64,000 nucleotides of DNA from a virus (taxonomy: Duplodnaviria; Caudoviricetes). The notes beneath the pieces were generated by a model. That model did no database searches, was not told the DNA's origin, and worked only from the letters and a program-made list of their open reading frames with translations. The first letter of the stretch is position 1. Every line of letters begins with the position of its first letter. The stretch lies in IMG/VR virus record IMGVR_UViG_3300028186_000155; one strand, 5' to 3'. Shown piece by piece: positions 25,257 through 37,300 of this stretch. The position numbers and the translations under genes were made by a program.

Positions 25257-26761
25257 TTGCAATTACTCCAAACTTGCGGAACATTAAACCGCTTTCGAAA
25301 TATATGGCGCTGCGTATCCGTATGTACGGGCGCCAGCGCTTCGCCCGCACCTTCAGCCAATCAGGTTCGAATATGAGCCTGATTACACTGCCTTTCGTGC
25401 CCAATAGTGCAGAACTTTTGGAAGTTTACCATGATGGAATCCGCATGGTTGACGGCTACACGGTATCGGGCCAAAAGGTAACGTTTACCAAACCAATCTT
25501 GGGCAAACTGGAATTCATTGACGACGATCAATTCGTTGATATGTCAGAGAAATGGTTGACCATACCGGCCACCAATCTTTTGCATTACGACAATACTGAT
25601 CAATCTGCATACGGCACGGATCGCCGCGATGGGCAAAAGGTTGCAGTGCACGCCAAACCCATTTGCATTACGCAGGGCGCTATTGGTTTTTGTCGGCCTT
25701 CACACGATGGGGAAAGCCTGCTGTATTGCTCGTATTACGGGATGTATGGTCGCGATTCCGTGACCTATGCAATTCGAACCGATTTGGGCCAATTATCCGA
25801 CTATCGCTGTATTGATATTCGGGTGCGTGATCCAAACTATATCCCGACCATGCGCCTAGCCTGCATCAGTGCCCAAAGTTCGCCAATCAAGGCCAATGGT
25901 GAAGTAAAGGATATTACGGGCACTGGTGGATACCAGTTGTACGGGGCAATCAGCAAAGACCAAACGATTCAATTGCCAAACCGTACAGCTGAATCCGAGC
26001 TAAAAGAATACCATTTTGTTATTCAAGGTTCGGATGAAAACGGCGATTGGTTTGAACCGGAGGAATACTTTGAACCCGACACGTACCGCGTGCGGCTCAC
26101 CGGGTCCGAAGGATTCACCATTACCTATCAGGGGAGTGGCAAAGATTACGGGTACGAAAACGCATTCATGTTTAGCGTTATGTGTGCCCGCGATCCCGGC
26201 GATAGTTTGAGTGTCGTGTTTGAATATGACGGCCAGCAGTTGTTCTTTGGTCGAATCGAAATGGCAGCGGCCAAACCGGTCAATAGCCTAGATAAAACCA
26301 TTGTTCAAAGCTCGATTGTGCTGGATAACGGCGGGGCCACCGAGGCCAAATGGACTTACGGCGAAGAGTGGTTGAACTTCCGTGGTATTTGGCTCGATAC
26401 CGTTTGGGAAAACCCGGTGGAAGAAACGCGTAACGTTCAGGTCACAATGGACTTCGAATATTCCATTGATGCTTACGATCCAATTGCACAGAAGCAAGGC
26501 ATTGCGTTGCCGCAAACCAAGACCGTAACCGGTTCGTTTAAAACATCGTTCGTTGAATCGGAAAACATCGTTACCCAACCGGAAAACACCAACGATATTC
26601 TGTTGGAAAACGTGTTCTATTGGGAAACATCCGATCCGTTTAGCGCGGTGCTGACCGGTAACGTGGAATACATCAGCAACTACGTGTGGACCATCACACC
26701 AACGCCGCCACCTGAAGAAATTCCAGAAGAAAACCCGGAAACCGGTATTGAAGGTCCATAA
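25253..26761 (+). CDS. Putative baseplate/fibre structural protein
   Basis: Beta-rich; LEVYHDG....YTVSG..VTF..P module; operon context. Confidence 0.55.
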   Translation: MIAITPNLRNIKPLSKYMALRIRMYGRQRFARTFSQSGSNMSLITLPFVPNSAELLEVYHDGIRMVDGYTVSGQKVTFTKPILGKLEFIDDDQFVDMSEKWLTIPATNLLHYDNTDQSAYGTDRRDGQKVAVHAKPICITQGAIGFCRPSHDGESLLYCSYYGMYGRDSVTYAIRTDLGQLSDYRCIDIRVRDPNYIPTMRLACISAQSSPIKANGEVKDITGTGGYQLYGAISKDQTIQLPNRTAESELKEYHFVIQGSDENGDWFEPEEYFEPDTYRVRLTGSEGFTITYQGSGKDYGYENAFMFSVMCARDPGDSLSVVFEYDGQQLFFGRIEMAAAKPVNSLDKTIVQSSIVLDNGGATEAKWTYGEEWLNFRGIWLDTVWENPVEETRNVQVTMDFEYSIDAYDPIAQKQGIALPQTKTVTGSFKTSFVESENIVTQPENTNDILLENVFYWETSDPFSAVLTGNVEYISNYVWTITPTPPPEEIPEENPETGIEGP

Positions 26762-26770
26762 TTTAATAGA
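26759..26770 (+). promoter_or_regulatory. Candidate late promoter TAATTTAATAGA
   Basis: Identical 12-mer at 44209; followed by hairpin GGGCATC/GGTGCCC. Confidence 0.5.
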
Positions 26771-26820
26771 TATCAGGGCATCTTTACGGGTGCCCATTTC
26801 ACTTCATTAACGGGGGCCAC

Positions 26821-27060
26821 ATGACCAAAATCATTAATCCGCTGGATATTCTGCGCCAGCAAAAAGAAGCCAAAGCCCAGCAATTGGCTGTTGCCTCGGC
26901 TACCAATGAAAACGCGGAAGTGGCCACGGCCTCTGCACTGTCCAACGTTGACCCGTCCATGTGCCCAAAATGCGGTCGTAAAATGGGATTCGGTTTGCTG
27001 TTTGATCGGACACAGGTTTACTACTGCATTGAAGACCGCGTAACTCAGCCGATGGAATAA
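26821..27060 (+). CDS. Small protein with Zn-ribbon-like C-terminus
   Basis: CPKC...YYC..D; Ala-rich linker with LAVAS and EVATAS. Confidence 0.7.
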   Translation: MTKIINPLDILRQQKEAKAQQLAVASATNENAEVATASALSNVDPSMCPKCGRKMGFGLLFDRTQVYYCIEDRVTQPME

Positions 27061-27064
27061 ATAA

Positions 27065-29374
27065 ATGACTGACAAGCTGGTTTTACTCGACGCTGGGGAA
27101 CAGGCGCTCAACAACGCTAGCGCCGGTGGTATTCTGATCAAACCGGTTTCGTTCAAAATGGGCGATTCCGCGCTGTATCCCACCAGTACCCAACACACCG
27201 ATATCGTCGGCAATTACATTTGTGGTGGACAAATTCACCACGTGGAAACCTTGAGCGCGAAGGTTGCTCGGTTTGTGCTGACTATCGACACTCGCGGACT
27301 TACCGCCCCGACTGAAGTCAAAGAAGTTGTGGTGATGTTTGAGGGAAATATTGCGTTTGGTCGTGCTGTTTTCGGCCAGCCGTATATTCTCAATCCAAAC
27401 GAACCCACACGGCTCTCGGTTGTGCTCGCAACCTCGCGGGCTGACCTCACAACCATTAACGTTTCTGTTGGCGAATGGGAATCCGTACCGAGCACGGCTT
27501 TTGTGTACCAATTGCCTAGCCCGTCGCAAACGGATTTCAACCAAATTTCGCTGTTGAATGGCAAACGAAATCCCGATGGCACTTCCAGCCCTGTAATCGC
27601 CATGCGTTACGGGGCAGGTTCGTTTCAATGGGGCTTCACCGACCATTTGCGCGTGTTTAACGGAATTCCAAGCAGTGCCACCAGCACCACATTCAAAATC
27701 ACCAGTTCGCTCACTTGGGCCGCTGATGAACAAGTTTTGGTGCACGTTGTGGCAGGCAGTGGCGAAGGGCAAACGCGGCGTTATCGCTGGAATGCTGGCG
27801 CACAGGAATTCCGCGATCCAGATTCCAAAGCGTTGGCAAACCTTGCGCAATCAACTATCGCAATCTGGAAACTGGTAAACGCTGGTGGCTCCAATTCTGG
27901 CGGGGGTTCGGGCAATCTGGTAATTCCAGACACAAACGAAATCCCGCAAGACTGGGTATTGACCCCCGGCACCGATGGCACGTTGGTTTGGCAACCGCCG
28001 AAAGCTGCATCGCGCATCATTTCCACGCTTTTCACCGGGCCTTCGAAACTCGATGTAAACGCCCTCAACTTCATGGGCGGCGGTGACGTTTCGCGCTACT
28101 CGACCGGCGATCTAGTGGCAGAAAACGCCAACTATATTTATCCGGCAATCGGTTTGACCACGCAGCACCGTTCGGCATTCCAGCTGGCGGCTTCCGAGGT
28201 TGAATTTGCGGAAAATATCCCGACAAACGTGCCAATTGATTTGCGTGTTTTCACCAAATCGCCAAGCACTGGTACGCGGGCAATCTTCACCACGTTGGAA
28301 TTCGTGGGTGATGGTGCACAGGTCGAATATGATTTGGGACAAGCTGTAGAAAGCGCGGCGCATATCTTCTGCTTCGTGGCCTCGACGCTGCAACCGATCA
28401 CCACCTACAGCATCGACCAAACCACGAATAAACTGCGCATGATTTCCCCGGTTGAGGCCGGTTTGGATATCGAATTCCGCCTGCTTAGCTACGTGCAGGA
28501 AACCGGATACTCGACGCGCATTGTGACCAAAACCTTCCAAACGCAGGGCGATACTTTCTTCCTGCAATTGCCTGCCAAACCGCAATCGATTGAGCAAGTA
28601 TTTGTCAGTCAATCCGGTGCACACATCCACGAATTCAACTACACGTTGATTGACGGAAATCTGGTGTTCAGCGCCAGCCTCGAACCTGATGTAGAAGTCG
28701 AGGTAATGATTTTCGAAAATATCCAGTCGCAGGGTTCCGAACAGACTGGCCTCAACGGCATCATGATTGACGGCTATGTTTCTCACAATAACCTTGTGCT
28801 GCTGCGCCACAATGCGCCGAATGTTGAATTGCCGATCCCTGCACCAAAAATCGCGGTTGGTGATGGCCTGATCATCGACAACAGTTCCGGCACCGCGATG
28901 ATTTCGCTGGATGAATCGGCGTTCCCACAGCTGCGCAATTTCCGCAAATGGAGCACCGACAAATCGTTCACCAGTTCTGATGGTGTGATTGCTCAAACCA
29001 TTTCGCTCACGCAGAAACAAGCATCGATCTACATGATTGTTGCGGACTTCAGCGCCAAGCTGGGGCCGGGTTATCAAAGTGCGGAAGGTACGGAAAATAT
29101 CGAGTTTGTTATCGGTATTCGCAGCGCACAATCGGCAGAACCAAACTTCGGTCGTGAGATTCGCGGTACTGGCCAAGCGGGCGTGATTTCCAACACGAAG
29201 GGCGGCATGGCCTACGCAAACGCCAGTATGACGCAGATGATCCCAATTGACCCGGCGAACCATCCGAGCGAATCGGTGGATATCGTGGCGAAAATGAGGA
29301 TCAACAATGCGAACACCGCGCTGTTTGACCTGCAACTGACAATCAACCTGAATATCCTTGAGATTCCAATATGA
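27065..29374 (+). CDS. Tail fibre/baseplate attachment protein
   Basis: N-terminal L.DAG..AL..A fibre-anchor pattern; three F.GDG-type beta repeats. Confidence 0.65.
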   Translation: MTDKLVLLDAGEQALNNASAGGILIKPVSFKMGDSALYPTSTQHTDIVGNYICGGQIHHVETLSAKVARFVLTIDTRGLTAPTEVKEVVVMFEGNIAFGRAVFGQPYILNPNEPTRLSVVLATSRADLTTINVSVGEWESVPSTAFVYQLPSPSQTDFNQISLLNGKRNPDGTSSPVIAMRYGAGSFQWGFTDHLRVFNGIPSSATSTTFKITSSLTWAADEQVLVHVVAGSGEGQTRRYRWNAGAQEFRDPDSKALANLAQSTIAIWKLVNAGGSNSGGGSGNLVIPDTNEIPQDWVLTPGTDGTLVWQPPKAASRIISTLFTGPSKLDVNALNFMGGGDVSRYSTGDLVAENANYIYPAIGLTTQHRSAFQLAASEVEFAENIPTNVPIDLRVFTKSPSTGTRAIFTTLEFVGDGAQVEYDLGQAVESAAHIFCFVASTLQPITTYSIDQTTNKLRMISPVEAGLDIEFRLLSYVQETGYSTRIVTKTFQTQGDTFFLQLPAKPQSIEQVFVSQSGAHIHEFNYTLIDGNLVFSASLEPDVEVEVMIFENIQSQGSEQTGLNGIMIDGYVSHNNLVLLRHNAPNVELPIPAPKIAVGDGLIIDNSSGTAMISLDESAFPQLRNFRKWSTDKSFTSSDGVIAQTISLTQKQASIYMIVADFSAKLGPGYQSAEGTENIEFVIGIRSAQSAEPNFGREIRGTGQAGVISNTKGGMAYANASMTQMIPIDPANHPSESVDIVAKMRINNANTALFDLQLTINLNILEIPI

Positions 29375-29796
29375 AATACTGGGTATCCACGAATGGTAGC
29401 CTTGGAAAAGGCGCAGATATTGAGCAAGGTGCAGTAGAGATTGGTGCAGATGTTTTTCAATATCTGGTAGACAATCAAACCATGTTCATTATCCAAGTCG
29501 TGGACGGCGCAGTAAGTTGGCGGATCAACATGGCGGCCTATCGACGGGCTGCCCTCGCCAGACTGGAAAACGTGAACTTTATTACGTTTCAAAACGTGAA
29601 GGTTTACGATGACGAACTGCCGTATTTGGGTCCGTCTTATTTCCTGCGTGAGGGCGGCCCGTGCCGCATTTCTCAAGATCAGATGATCCGGTTGGTTACT
29701 GAAAGAAATCGAATTTATACCCTACGGCGTTCGGGTATTCAAACTGCCAAAACGCCGGAAGAGGTGGATGGGTATCTGACATGTCCAACGATTTAA
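29371..29796 (+). CDS. Putative fibre assembly protein
   Basis: Small gene after fibre; ends I.TAKT.EEVD, as in fibre chaperone-like proteins. Confidence 0.45.
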   Translation: MKYWVSTNGSLGKGADIEQGAVEIGADVFQYLVDNQTMFIIQVVDGAVSWRINMAAYRRAALARLENVNFITFQNVKVYDDELPYLGPSYFLREGGPCRISQDQMIRLVTERNRIYTLRRSGIQTAKTPEEVDGYLTCPTI

Positions 29797-30578
29797 CTAT
29801 TGCCGTACTCGACAATAAATCGGTGACTGTGCCCATTGGTGCTACGGTCATTACCAACAAAAAAGACCAGAATTCGCTGATTGTTCAATCGGCTATGACT
29901 GGTCAAGAAGTGGTGGCGCCCTCCTACGAACACATTGAAGCCCCCGGCTATGATGGTGAACAGGCGTACCGCGATAATGCCGATGAAATGTATTTCGGCA
30001 CCCCGGTTGATTCGAACGCGTTGCGAATTGCAGAAATCGTATTCGATGACGATACCGGAATCCTGACGTTTTATCGCAACAACGGAACCCACTTCGAAGT
30101 CACTGGTTTTTTGCGTCAAATCGATTTCGGTATTGGCCCCGCTGGCACCCGTGGAAATCCCGGTAAAAACGGCACGGATGGTGACGATGGGCGCGAAGGA
30201 AAAGATGGGCAAACCGGTTGCGCAGGTCAAACGGGAATTGAGGGCCGCCCCGGTCCTACCGGTGATCCCGGTATTGAGGGCGAAGTAGGCGCCGCTGGCC
30301 CTGTAGGTCCATTAGGCCCAACGGGTCCGCGTGGTGATGTGGGGGCAACGGGTGCACCCGGATTTGAAGGTAAGCGCGGTTTGTGCGGTCCAAGTTGCCC
30401 AACGACCAGCCGTGGCCCGTGTGGTCCACAAGGGCAGGCAATGAGCGCCAACGTAGGGACCGGGCTTTACCCAAAACAAAACGAATTGATTTGGGCCGGT
30501 GCAGAAGATTGCATGTTGCCGATTTGCCCAGCGGTTTACACACCGTATCCAGTGGGTGATAAAACGGTGATTTACTAA
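29781..30578 (+). CDS. Collagen-like fibre protein 1
   Basis: About 29 contiguous Gly-X-Y triplets; Cys-rich C-terminus. Confidence 0.85.
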   Translation: MSNDLTIAVLDNKSVTVPIGATVITNKKDQNSLIVQSAMTGQEVVAPSYEHIEAPGYDGEQAYRDNADEMYFGTPVDSNALRIAEIVFDDDTGILTFYRNNGTHFEVTGFLRQIDFGIGPAGTRGNPGKNGTDGDDGREGKDGQTGCAGQTGIEGRPGPTGDPGIEGEVGAAGPVGPLGPTGPRGDVGATGAPGFEGKRGLCGPSCPTTSRGPCGPQGQAMSANVGTGLYPKQNELIWAGAEDCMLPICPAVYTPYPVGDKTVIY

Positions 30579-30588
30579 GGGACGAATC

Positions 30589-33090
30589 ATGAAAGAATGC
30601 AGTACGTTGCCCATGATCGCCCCGCAGGAATTGCCGGTGGCGAAATTTAGCGCAGTGTGCGGAAACTGGCTCACTGTGTGCGGTAAAGGCAAACACAAGA
30701 TTTCCTATTTCGTGGGTTTTCAGCAGGGGCCAATCACCATTTGGTATCAGCGCGAAAACCTCGATGATGAAATCTATATTTATCAGGATGGTGAAGTGAT
30801 TGCAGCTGCACCACTTGCCACGCCTGACGGTTCATTCAGTTTCGATTACGCACCCGTGCACCCTAATGCTGGTGGCGATGAATTGATTTTGACGCACGAA
30901 GGTATGGCCGTTGGTTCTCGCGCCCATATCCATTTGCTGTGCCCGGTCGATCCTTGTTTGCCTTCGGTTGTGCCGAAACCTACGCCGGTCGATACCACGC
31001 TGATTTGCGGTCGCCAATGGCACCAAGCCGGATACGTGAAAAAGAACACGATTTTGCTGGGTGAAAATCCCGGTAAGGTCGATCTTATTTGGTCGGTTGT
31101 GGGGAATAGTTTGGTCAACGTTTTTCAGGGCAAAACCCTGTTGCTGACCATGACGCCGGATCGTGAGGATGTGTTTACATTCGAATATGATCCAGAAGCG
31201 GGCGACGTTTACGTTACCACGCAAGGCACTGGCTCCGTTGACTACATTTTCAGTTGCCCGAACAACGACGAAGTAATCCCTGATCCCGTTTACGAATTCA
31301 CCTGTGACGCGACCGAGGATTACACGTTCAATGCACCGCAATTGACCACCTTGATTCTGCCTGATCAGAAATCCGGTGTGATCGATTTCCGTGTGAGTCT
31401 GGTAGAAACCACGCAGCTGATTTTCTCGCAAAACAACGTGCCTTTTTATGTTGTGAGCGGGCACACAGGCACCGTGAATTTCTCTTTCGATTACACGCCC
31501 GACAAAGGCAAAATCACGGTCGATGCGCAGGGCTACGGCGAAGTGAAACTCTTCGCAAAATGTCCATACACCCCGGACGTTCCTATTCCGGTCGATGTGT
31601 TCATGGATTGTGGCGCCACGCTGAATACTTATCCCGGCTATTCGAATATCACGGTCGATATGGGCGGTATCTCGGGCGAAACGATCATTGACCTAGTGAT
31701 CACCGAAACCGAACTGGAAATCACCAACGGCGGGGCCTCGCGGTTTATTTCGCAATCCGGTTCCTATTCGTATCAATACGATAAAGACCAACCGCTTTTG
31801 GTGCAGGCACGCGGCAACGATTTCCAAATGCGCTTGAGTTGTCCTGTGCGCCAGCCGGTTACGCCAACCATTGATTGCGGTGTTAGCCGCACGGTCGATA
31901 GTTTTGCAAATGTCACCATGCGTTACGGATCAACGGCGGGCAATACCACGATCACCACCAACCTCGATGTTTCGGTTTACCGGGATAACGTGCTGGTTGG
32001 CGTTGGTAAATCTGTGACGTTTTTCTATTCGGGAACCGGCACCGTTCTAGTCAAATCCGAAACGCTTGATCAGCAATTGACGATCAGCAGCACTTGCCCA
32101 CAAAACAAGGTATTGCCGTGCGGTGATCAGCTGGTTTCGTTCACGGGTGGCGATGTAATCGACGTGGCGTTCGCTACGCCTAAAATCCGTGGTCACGTTT
32201 CGGTAAAAATCGAGATTACGGGCACGGTTTCTGCGCTATTCCGATTGGGCACCACCACGGTGCACACCTCGACTCAAACCGAAACGTTTGATGTGATTTG
32301 GAATACTGCTGATGGCCTCAGAATCACTTCGACCGGCACCGGAACATTTAAGCTTTACGTGACGTGTGCACAACCAATCTACATCGTTGGCGAAGAAACC
32401 AAAACCGAGCGGCAGAATTGCCCGGCTGGCCAAACCGCAAACGGTGTTCCGAATGGTGACACGTTTATTACCGCCACATGGAAGGTTCAAACGTGGTCGG
32501 ATGGTTCGACAACCACCACCGCAAAAACTTACGACGGAGTGTGTAAAGTGCCAGAAGCCGCGCCGATAGGAAAACCTCGTTGGGGCACCGCGATGTTTGC
32601 CAACCGTTTGTTTACTGGTGGCCCAATTGCCAGTGAAATCACGGAAGAAGAGGCAATGTATGGCGTTGTGGCTAACCCGTCGCCGTCTGGTCGCAATTAC
32701 CAACACTGGACCGGCATTCAGCAATTTGCTGATCAGGTTATGACCAACCAATTCGACATGTCGGCCACGGTGCCGGGCATTATTACCCCAACCATTACCG
32801 TGGACGATTTCGTTTATGTGATGTGGGATAAACGTGCTGGTTCCAAGGTGAAAATCATCAACCTCGGCAACAATTTCGAGGTGGAATTCGAAGGCGCATT
32901 GTGGCGAAACGACCTGCTCGGGAACTACGAAGGGCTGCCGGAATACAACCCGAATCTGCCGATTTATCTGACAGTGCAATACGATGACGGAAACGGTGTG
33001 CGCGACTGGATTATCATTCGCCAAGAAACCACAACGCTCCCTGAATTCTCGCCGCGTACTGACAGCTATTCCATTCAATACGTCGTGTAG
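30589..33090 (+). CDS. Structural protein with six Cys-bracketed beta domains
   Basis: Repeats start xxC[GD] and end xxC[PA]. Confidence 0.7.
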   Translation: MKECSTLPMIAPQELPVAKFSAVCGNWLTVCGKGKHKISYFVGFQQGPITIWYQRENLDDEIYIYQDGEVIAAAPLATPDGSFSFDYAPVHPNAGGDELILTHEGMAVGSRAHIHLLCPVDPCLPSVVPKPTPVDTTLICGRQWHQAGYVKKNTILLGENPGKVDLIWSVVGNSLVNVFQGKTLLLTMTPDREDVFTFEYDPEAGDVYVTTQGTGSVDYIFSCPNNDEVIPDPVYEFTCDATEDYTFNAPQLTTLILPDQKSGVIDFRVSLVETTQLIFSQNNVPFYVVSGHTGTVNFSFDYTPDKGKITVDAQGYGEVKLFAKCPYTPDVPIPVDVFMDCGATLNTYPGYSNITVDMGGISGETIIDLVITETELEITNGGASRFISQSGSYSYQYDKDQPLLVQARGNDFQMRLSCPVRQPVTPTIDCGVSRTVDSFANVTMRYGSTAGNTTITTNLDVSVYRDNVLVGVGKSVTFFYSGTGTVLVKSETLDQQLTISSTCPQNKVLPCGDQLVSFTGGDVIDVAFATPKIRGHVSVKIEITGTVSALFRLGTTTVHTSTQTETFDVIWNTADGLRITSTGTGTFKLYVTCAQPIYIVGEETKTERQNCPAGQTANGVPNGDTFITATWKVQTWSDGSTTTTAKTYDGVCKVPEAAPIGKPRWGTAMFANRLFTGGPIASEITEEEAMYGVVANPSPSGRNYQHWTGIQQFADQVMTNQFDMSATVPGIITPTITVDDFVYVMWDKRAGSKVKIINLGNNFEVEFEGALWRNDLLGNYEGLPEYNPNLPIYLTVQYDDGNGVRDWIIIRQETTTLPEFSPRTDSYSIQYVV

Positions 33091-33098
33091 AGGAATCT

Positions 33099-33728
33099 AT
33101 GACAGGATTAACCAGAATCCCCACGCAGATGATTCGCGCAAAAGGCCAGCGCGATTCGAGTATTCTTGAGGTAAAAAACGAACGATTGTCTGCCACTGCA
33201 CCAACCGATGCCGACGTTTCCGAAATCGAAAAAGTCATTTATGACGAAACGCAGGGCGTGCTTACTTTTACGTTTTACAACGGACAAGAAATGCGCGTTC
33301 CCGGTTTGCCAGTTGCTTCGAAAATTCCTGCCGGGCCTACGGGTCCGCAGGGGTTGCCGGGCATTGACGGAAAAAACGGAAAAGACGGTCGAGACGGTGC
33401 AGTCGGTCCAGCTGGTTGTGAAGGGCCACAAGGTGTAATTGGGCAAACGGGGCCAAAAGGCGAAACGGGGCGAACTGGTCAACCGGGGCCAGCGGGTGCA
33501 ACAGGCCCGCAAGGTCCACAAGGTTTGCAAGGTCCGGTAGGCCCCACAGGTCCACAAGGCCCGGATGGTCCACAGGGGCCACGTGGTGAACAAGGTCCAC
33601 AAGGCCGCCCCGGTCCAAAAGGCCCGGAAGGTTTTATGAACATTATTGTTTCCACAACCGAACCACCTGAAAAAGATCGCGTCGATGGTCTTTTGTGGGT
33701 GAACCCAAGTGCCGATCATTTCTGCTAA
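33099..33728 (+). CDS. Collagen-like fibre protein 2
   Basis: LTRIPTQMI start; about 33 Gly-X-Y triplets; VSTTEP...GLLWVNP end. Confidence 0.85.
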   Translation: MTGLTRIPTQMIRAKGQRDSSILEVKNERLSATAPTDADVSEIEKVIYDETQGVLTFTFYNGQEMRVPGLPVASKIPAGPTGPQGLPGIDGKNGKDGRDGAVGPAGCEGPQGVIGQTGPKGETGRTGQPGPAGATGPQGPQGLQGPVGPTGPQGPDGPQGPRGEQGPQGRPGPKGPEGFMNIIVSTTEPPEKDRVDGLLWVNPSADHFC

Positions 33729-33738
33729 AAGGTGAATT

Positions 33739-34257
33739 ATGGCCGGAGAATTAACACGGTTGCCCGTGTCGATGCTGCGTGCTCGCGGCAAAACCGGGGG
33801 CACACTCAAAAACACAGGCGCATCTGTTCAGGTTTCTTCTACTGACGATGCAGTCCAACCAACGTTGGAAAGTGGCACGCTTTCGATTAACGGCGTGCTG
33901 CAATTGAAAATGACCGATGGATCATATGTAGAAATCGATGGTTTTTATACCGCGAATTCTTTGATTCAAGGTCCAGCTGGCCCGCGTGGTTTTGCCGGTG
34001 AAAACGGGCGTGATGGAACCAACGGGCGTGACGGTGAACAAGGCGCAACAGGTTGCCAAGGCCCGGCAGGTCCACGCGGTGATACTGGCCCCGAAGGTCC
34101 ACGCGGACCCCAAGGGATTCAAGGCCCAGCTGGTCCAAAAGGTGATCCGGGGCCACGCGGTTCTGATGGCTTCGTTCAAGTATTTATCCAAAGCACTGAT
34201 CCGAGTGCGGCAGAAGGATCTGTCGTCAAGGCCGGTGCACTCTGGATCAAACCCTAA
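33739..34257 (+). CDS. Collagen-like fibre protein 3
   Basis: LTRLPVSML start; about 22 triplets; IQSTDP...GALWIKP end. Confidence 0.85.
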   Translation: MAGELTRLPVSMLRARGKTGGTLKNTGASVQVSSTDDAVQPTLESGTLSINGVLQLKMTDGSYVEIDGFYTANSLIQGPAGPRGFAGENGRDGTNGRDGEQGATGCQGPAGPRGDTGPEGPRGPQGIQGPAGPKGDPGPRGSDGFVQVFIQSTDPSAAEGSVVKAGALWIKP

Positions 34258-34270
34258 AGCAATGCAAATT

Positions 34271-34302
34271 AAGGGACTTTTTTAGTCCCTTTCTTTGTTT
34301 TT
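34271..34302 (+). terminator. Intrinsic terminator
   Basis: AAGGGACT/AGTCCCTT hairpin plus T-tract. Confidence 0.75.
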
Positions 34303-34305
34303 GGG

Positions 34306-34313
34306 TAATTTAA
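34306..34313 (+). promoter_or_regulatory. Candidate late promoter TAATTTAA
   Basis: Immediately after a terminator and about 30 nt before the next start. Confidence 0.55.
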
Positions 34314-34343
34314 ATACAGAATCTTTAATAGCGGGAACTTCAT

Positions 34344-37300
34344 ATGAGTGACTTAGCCGCTCGCTCGCCTAATGGCGCATGGGTGAACATTTGCAGTAGC
34401 GAATGGAAAGTTATGCAGGATGATGGTACGTGGCAGCAGCTTGACCCGCTGAATGACCTGCGCGTGCGTCACGGTTCAAACGATTATTGGCTGCAAATTG
34501 ATTGTGATGATGGTGGCGATTATTGCCCGCCCGAAGAGCTAGCCAAATGCTGGCCGGGGCGTACTGGTAACTTCGAAACTTCCACGTTCAAAATTGCCGG
34601 CCCCACTGGTTTTCAGGTGTGTGATTGCGATGGCAACAATTGCAAAACTTACACCGGCCATACCCCCGATTACAATCAGGTTGGCGGGCGTTTCCGTGCG
34701 ACGGCGCCAATTGTAGAAAATACCGTTGCATATTCGCTGCCCGTTACCTTTGCAGGTAGTGAAGCGGAAATCAACGAGATTTTGGTTTATGCGGGAACCC
34801 GTTCTGGTCATATCGAAGTTTCCTGTTTGGAACTCGACGCCAATGTGCGGGTACGCATTTACAATGATTGTGTGCTGCTCGGTGATTCCGACGTAAGCGG
34901 CAATTATTTCAACGTGTTTTTCAACACCGAACCTGCCGAACTGAAAGAAACCGATTGCGGCGAACCTGTACCCGCAAACAACTTCCTGACGGTTCGTGTG
35001 GATGGTCCGACTGGTGCACGCTGGCAAGTAAAACTGGGTGAGGTAAACATTACTCAAAAAACCAGTTTCCAACGCCCAGCCGCTTGCTTCGGTACGCATG
35101 GCCCGGTGGTGCCTTGCTTCGTCAATGACGACGGCAACTATTTGCAGCAGGATCACACCACTTACGAAAACGTGCACTACATCCCAAACGCTGGCCCGGT
35201 CTACATTGACCTCACGGTTTCCGGCGTAAGTCCTGTGACGTTTGAAGTGTTTTACAATGGCGGGAAAATTGCCGAGCGTACCACCACAAACTCGGCGCAG
35301 GTGCAGACCGTTAGCTCGACTTTGGTGTTCAATCACAACATTGTCGGCGGCGATAACTACGTGGTTATTCGCTACACGGCACCGCGTGGTTACGACACGT
35401 GGTATTACTCGATTTATTGCCCCGGCCTGAAGGGTTCGCGTCTGAATCTGGCGCCTGTTATGAAGGTTCCGCGTGATTTGCCGCTGGATATTCTTTGCCA
35501 GCCATTGAGTCCATCGCTGAATCCGAATTTCGCAATCGTTGGCCAAGGCACGCCACGTGCAGACATTTACTTCGATTATTCTGGTGAATTGGCGGGTGAC
35601 ATTGCATTCGAATATTTTGCGTCGGATGCTGTGCAATTCCTCATTTTCCAAGGCAATTATCCGAACGAAGTTTTGGTGGCCGGTACGCCAGCAACCGTAA
35701 CGGGCCACGGGCGTTTCCACTTCCGGTTTAATCCGGGTGGAGGCAACGTAATGCGCGTGCTGGTCATGGGTCCGTGCTGCCCTGATTGGTCGTTCCAGAT
35801 TTCTGGTGCAATTCCACCACCAATCATTGATATTTTCGACGCGGAAATTCAACGGCCAGCCGGTGGTCAAACTGCGCTGCTTTGCTTCGATGTGAAACTG
35901 CGCAATAAAACCCCGCAGCGTGTTACGTTCGATTGGGATATCACACCGTTGACCGCCATCCCTTCGCCCGAAGGAAATTGCTTGATTACCGAAGTGGTTG
36001 AGCAAAGTCCTTATTGCAACATCGTGGCGACCGGTACGGGGCGCGGTGGTCCCTATGACAACAACACGAACATTGGCTACCCACAAGCGCTGCAAGTTTC
36101 GAGTTCTTTGCACGATCCAAACTGTGCGGTTGGTGGTCAGTATTACGTGATCGAAACCGAGATTGAAATTCCGGCAGACGGCACGTATACGCTGGTCGGT
36201 ACGGCGGACGATAACCTCGACGTTTATCTCGATTGTGAAAAGGTGTTTGCTGGCCCACGATACGAGGATGCATGGCGCGGTACGCATCGCGGATCATTCA
36301 CGGCTAAAGCAGGCTGGCAAACGCTTTCTGCCGTTTATCAAAACGTTCCAAACTGCACCGTTGGTTGGGCGAAATTCGTAATCATTGACGCGGCGGGAAC
36401 CGTGGTATTTGCCACCAACCCCACGACGCAGGTATGGCGCAGCAAGGCCGGTGCTATTTCGGTAGAACCGCCAACGCAAGTGCCGATGAATTACCCAGCA
36501 GATTACAACCCGGTATCGGGCAGTGGTGCGATTGAAAGTTGCACCGATGGCACCCGCGTTTGTGTACCGATTTGCGGTTCTGATCTGGTTGGCCCTGATG
36601 TGCAGCTTCAGCTGAATATCAAAAACATCATTAACGCAGACCTCGGGGATTTGACGGCAATCGGCACCATCAAAAACGGCAACTTCGCGTCGTGTGAACA
36701 AAACACGAACGTCGCTGTTTTGGACGCCGGGCCAGATGAATTCGTGAACCGTGGCGCTCGCAAAATGTACGTGAACAAATTGTCGGGTAATGCTGGCGCC
36801 GTTTACGTCATGGATACCACGATCAACGTGGCAGCCGGTGGTATCTATACCGCGTATTTCTACGGAATCGATACCGCTGAATTGTTCATCGATTGTGCGA
36901 AAATTGCGACCACCACAGCGGCCACTGGTGCGGCGAAAGTTCGATTTGTAATGAATGCTGGCGCCCGTAAGGTCTACATCAATTATTACACCAGTGCATC
37001 GAACGGCAAACGCACGGGCTACGCTGCAATGGCCCTTGTGGATTCGCTGAACCGAATTGTTTATGCGTCGAATGCTGCTGACTGGCGCGGACGCATCATC
37101 GTGCCGGGCACAGAACCAAACTGTTCGCAATTTCCGCCGACCTGTGAAATCTTCGGAAATTCCGTTGAGCAACAATCGCACTCGGGGGCCTCTGGAAACT
37201 ACACCGTTGGTTACGGCGCGATTAAAGTTCGTTCCAGTCTGCACAGCAATTCGCCGCCCGGTTCGGGTACGTGGTCCGTGCAGTACAAACCGCAATTGCC

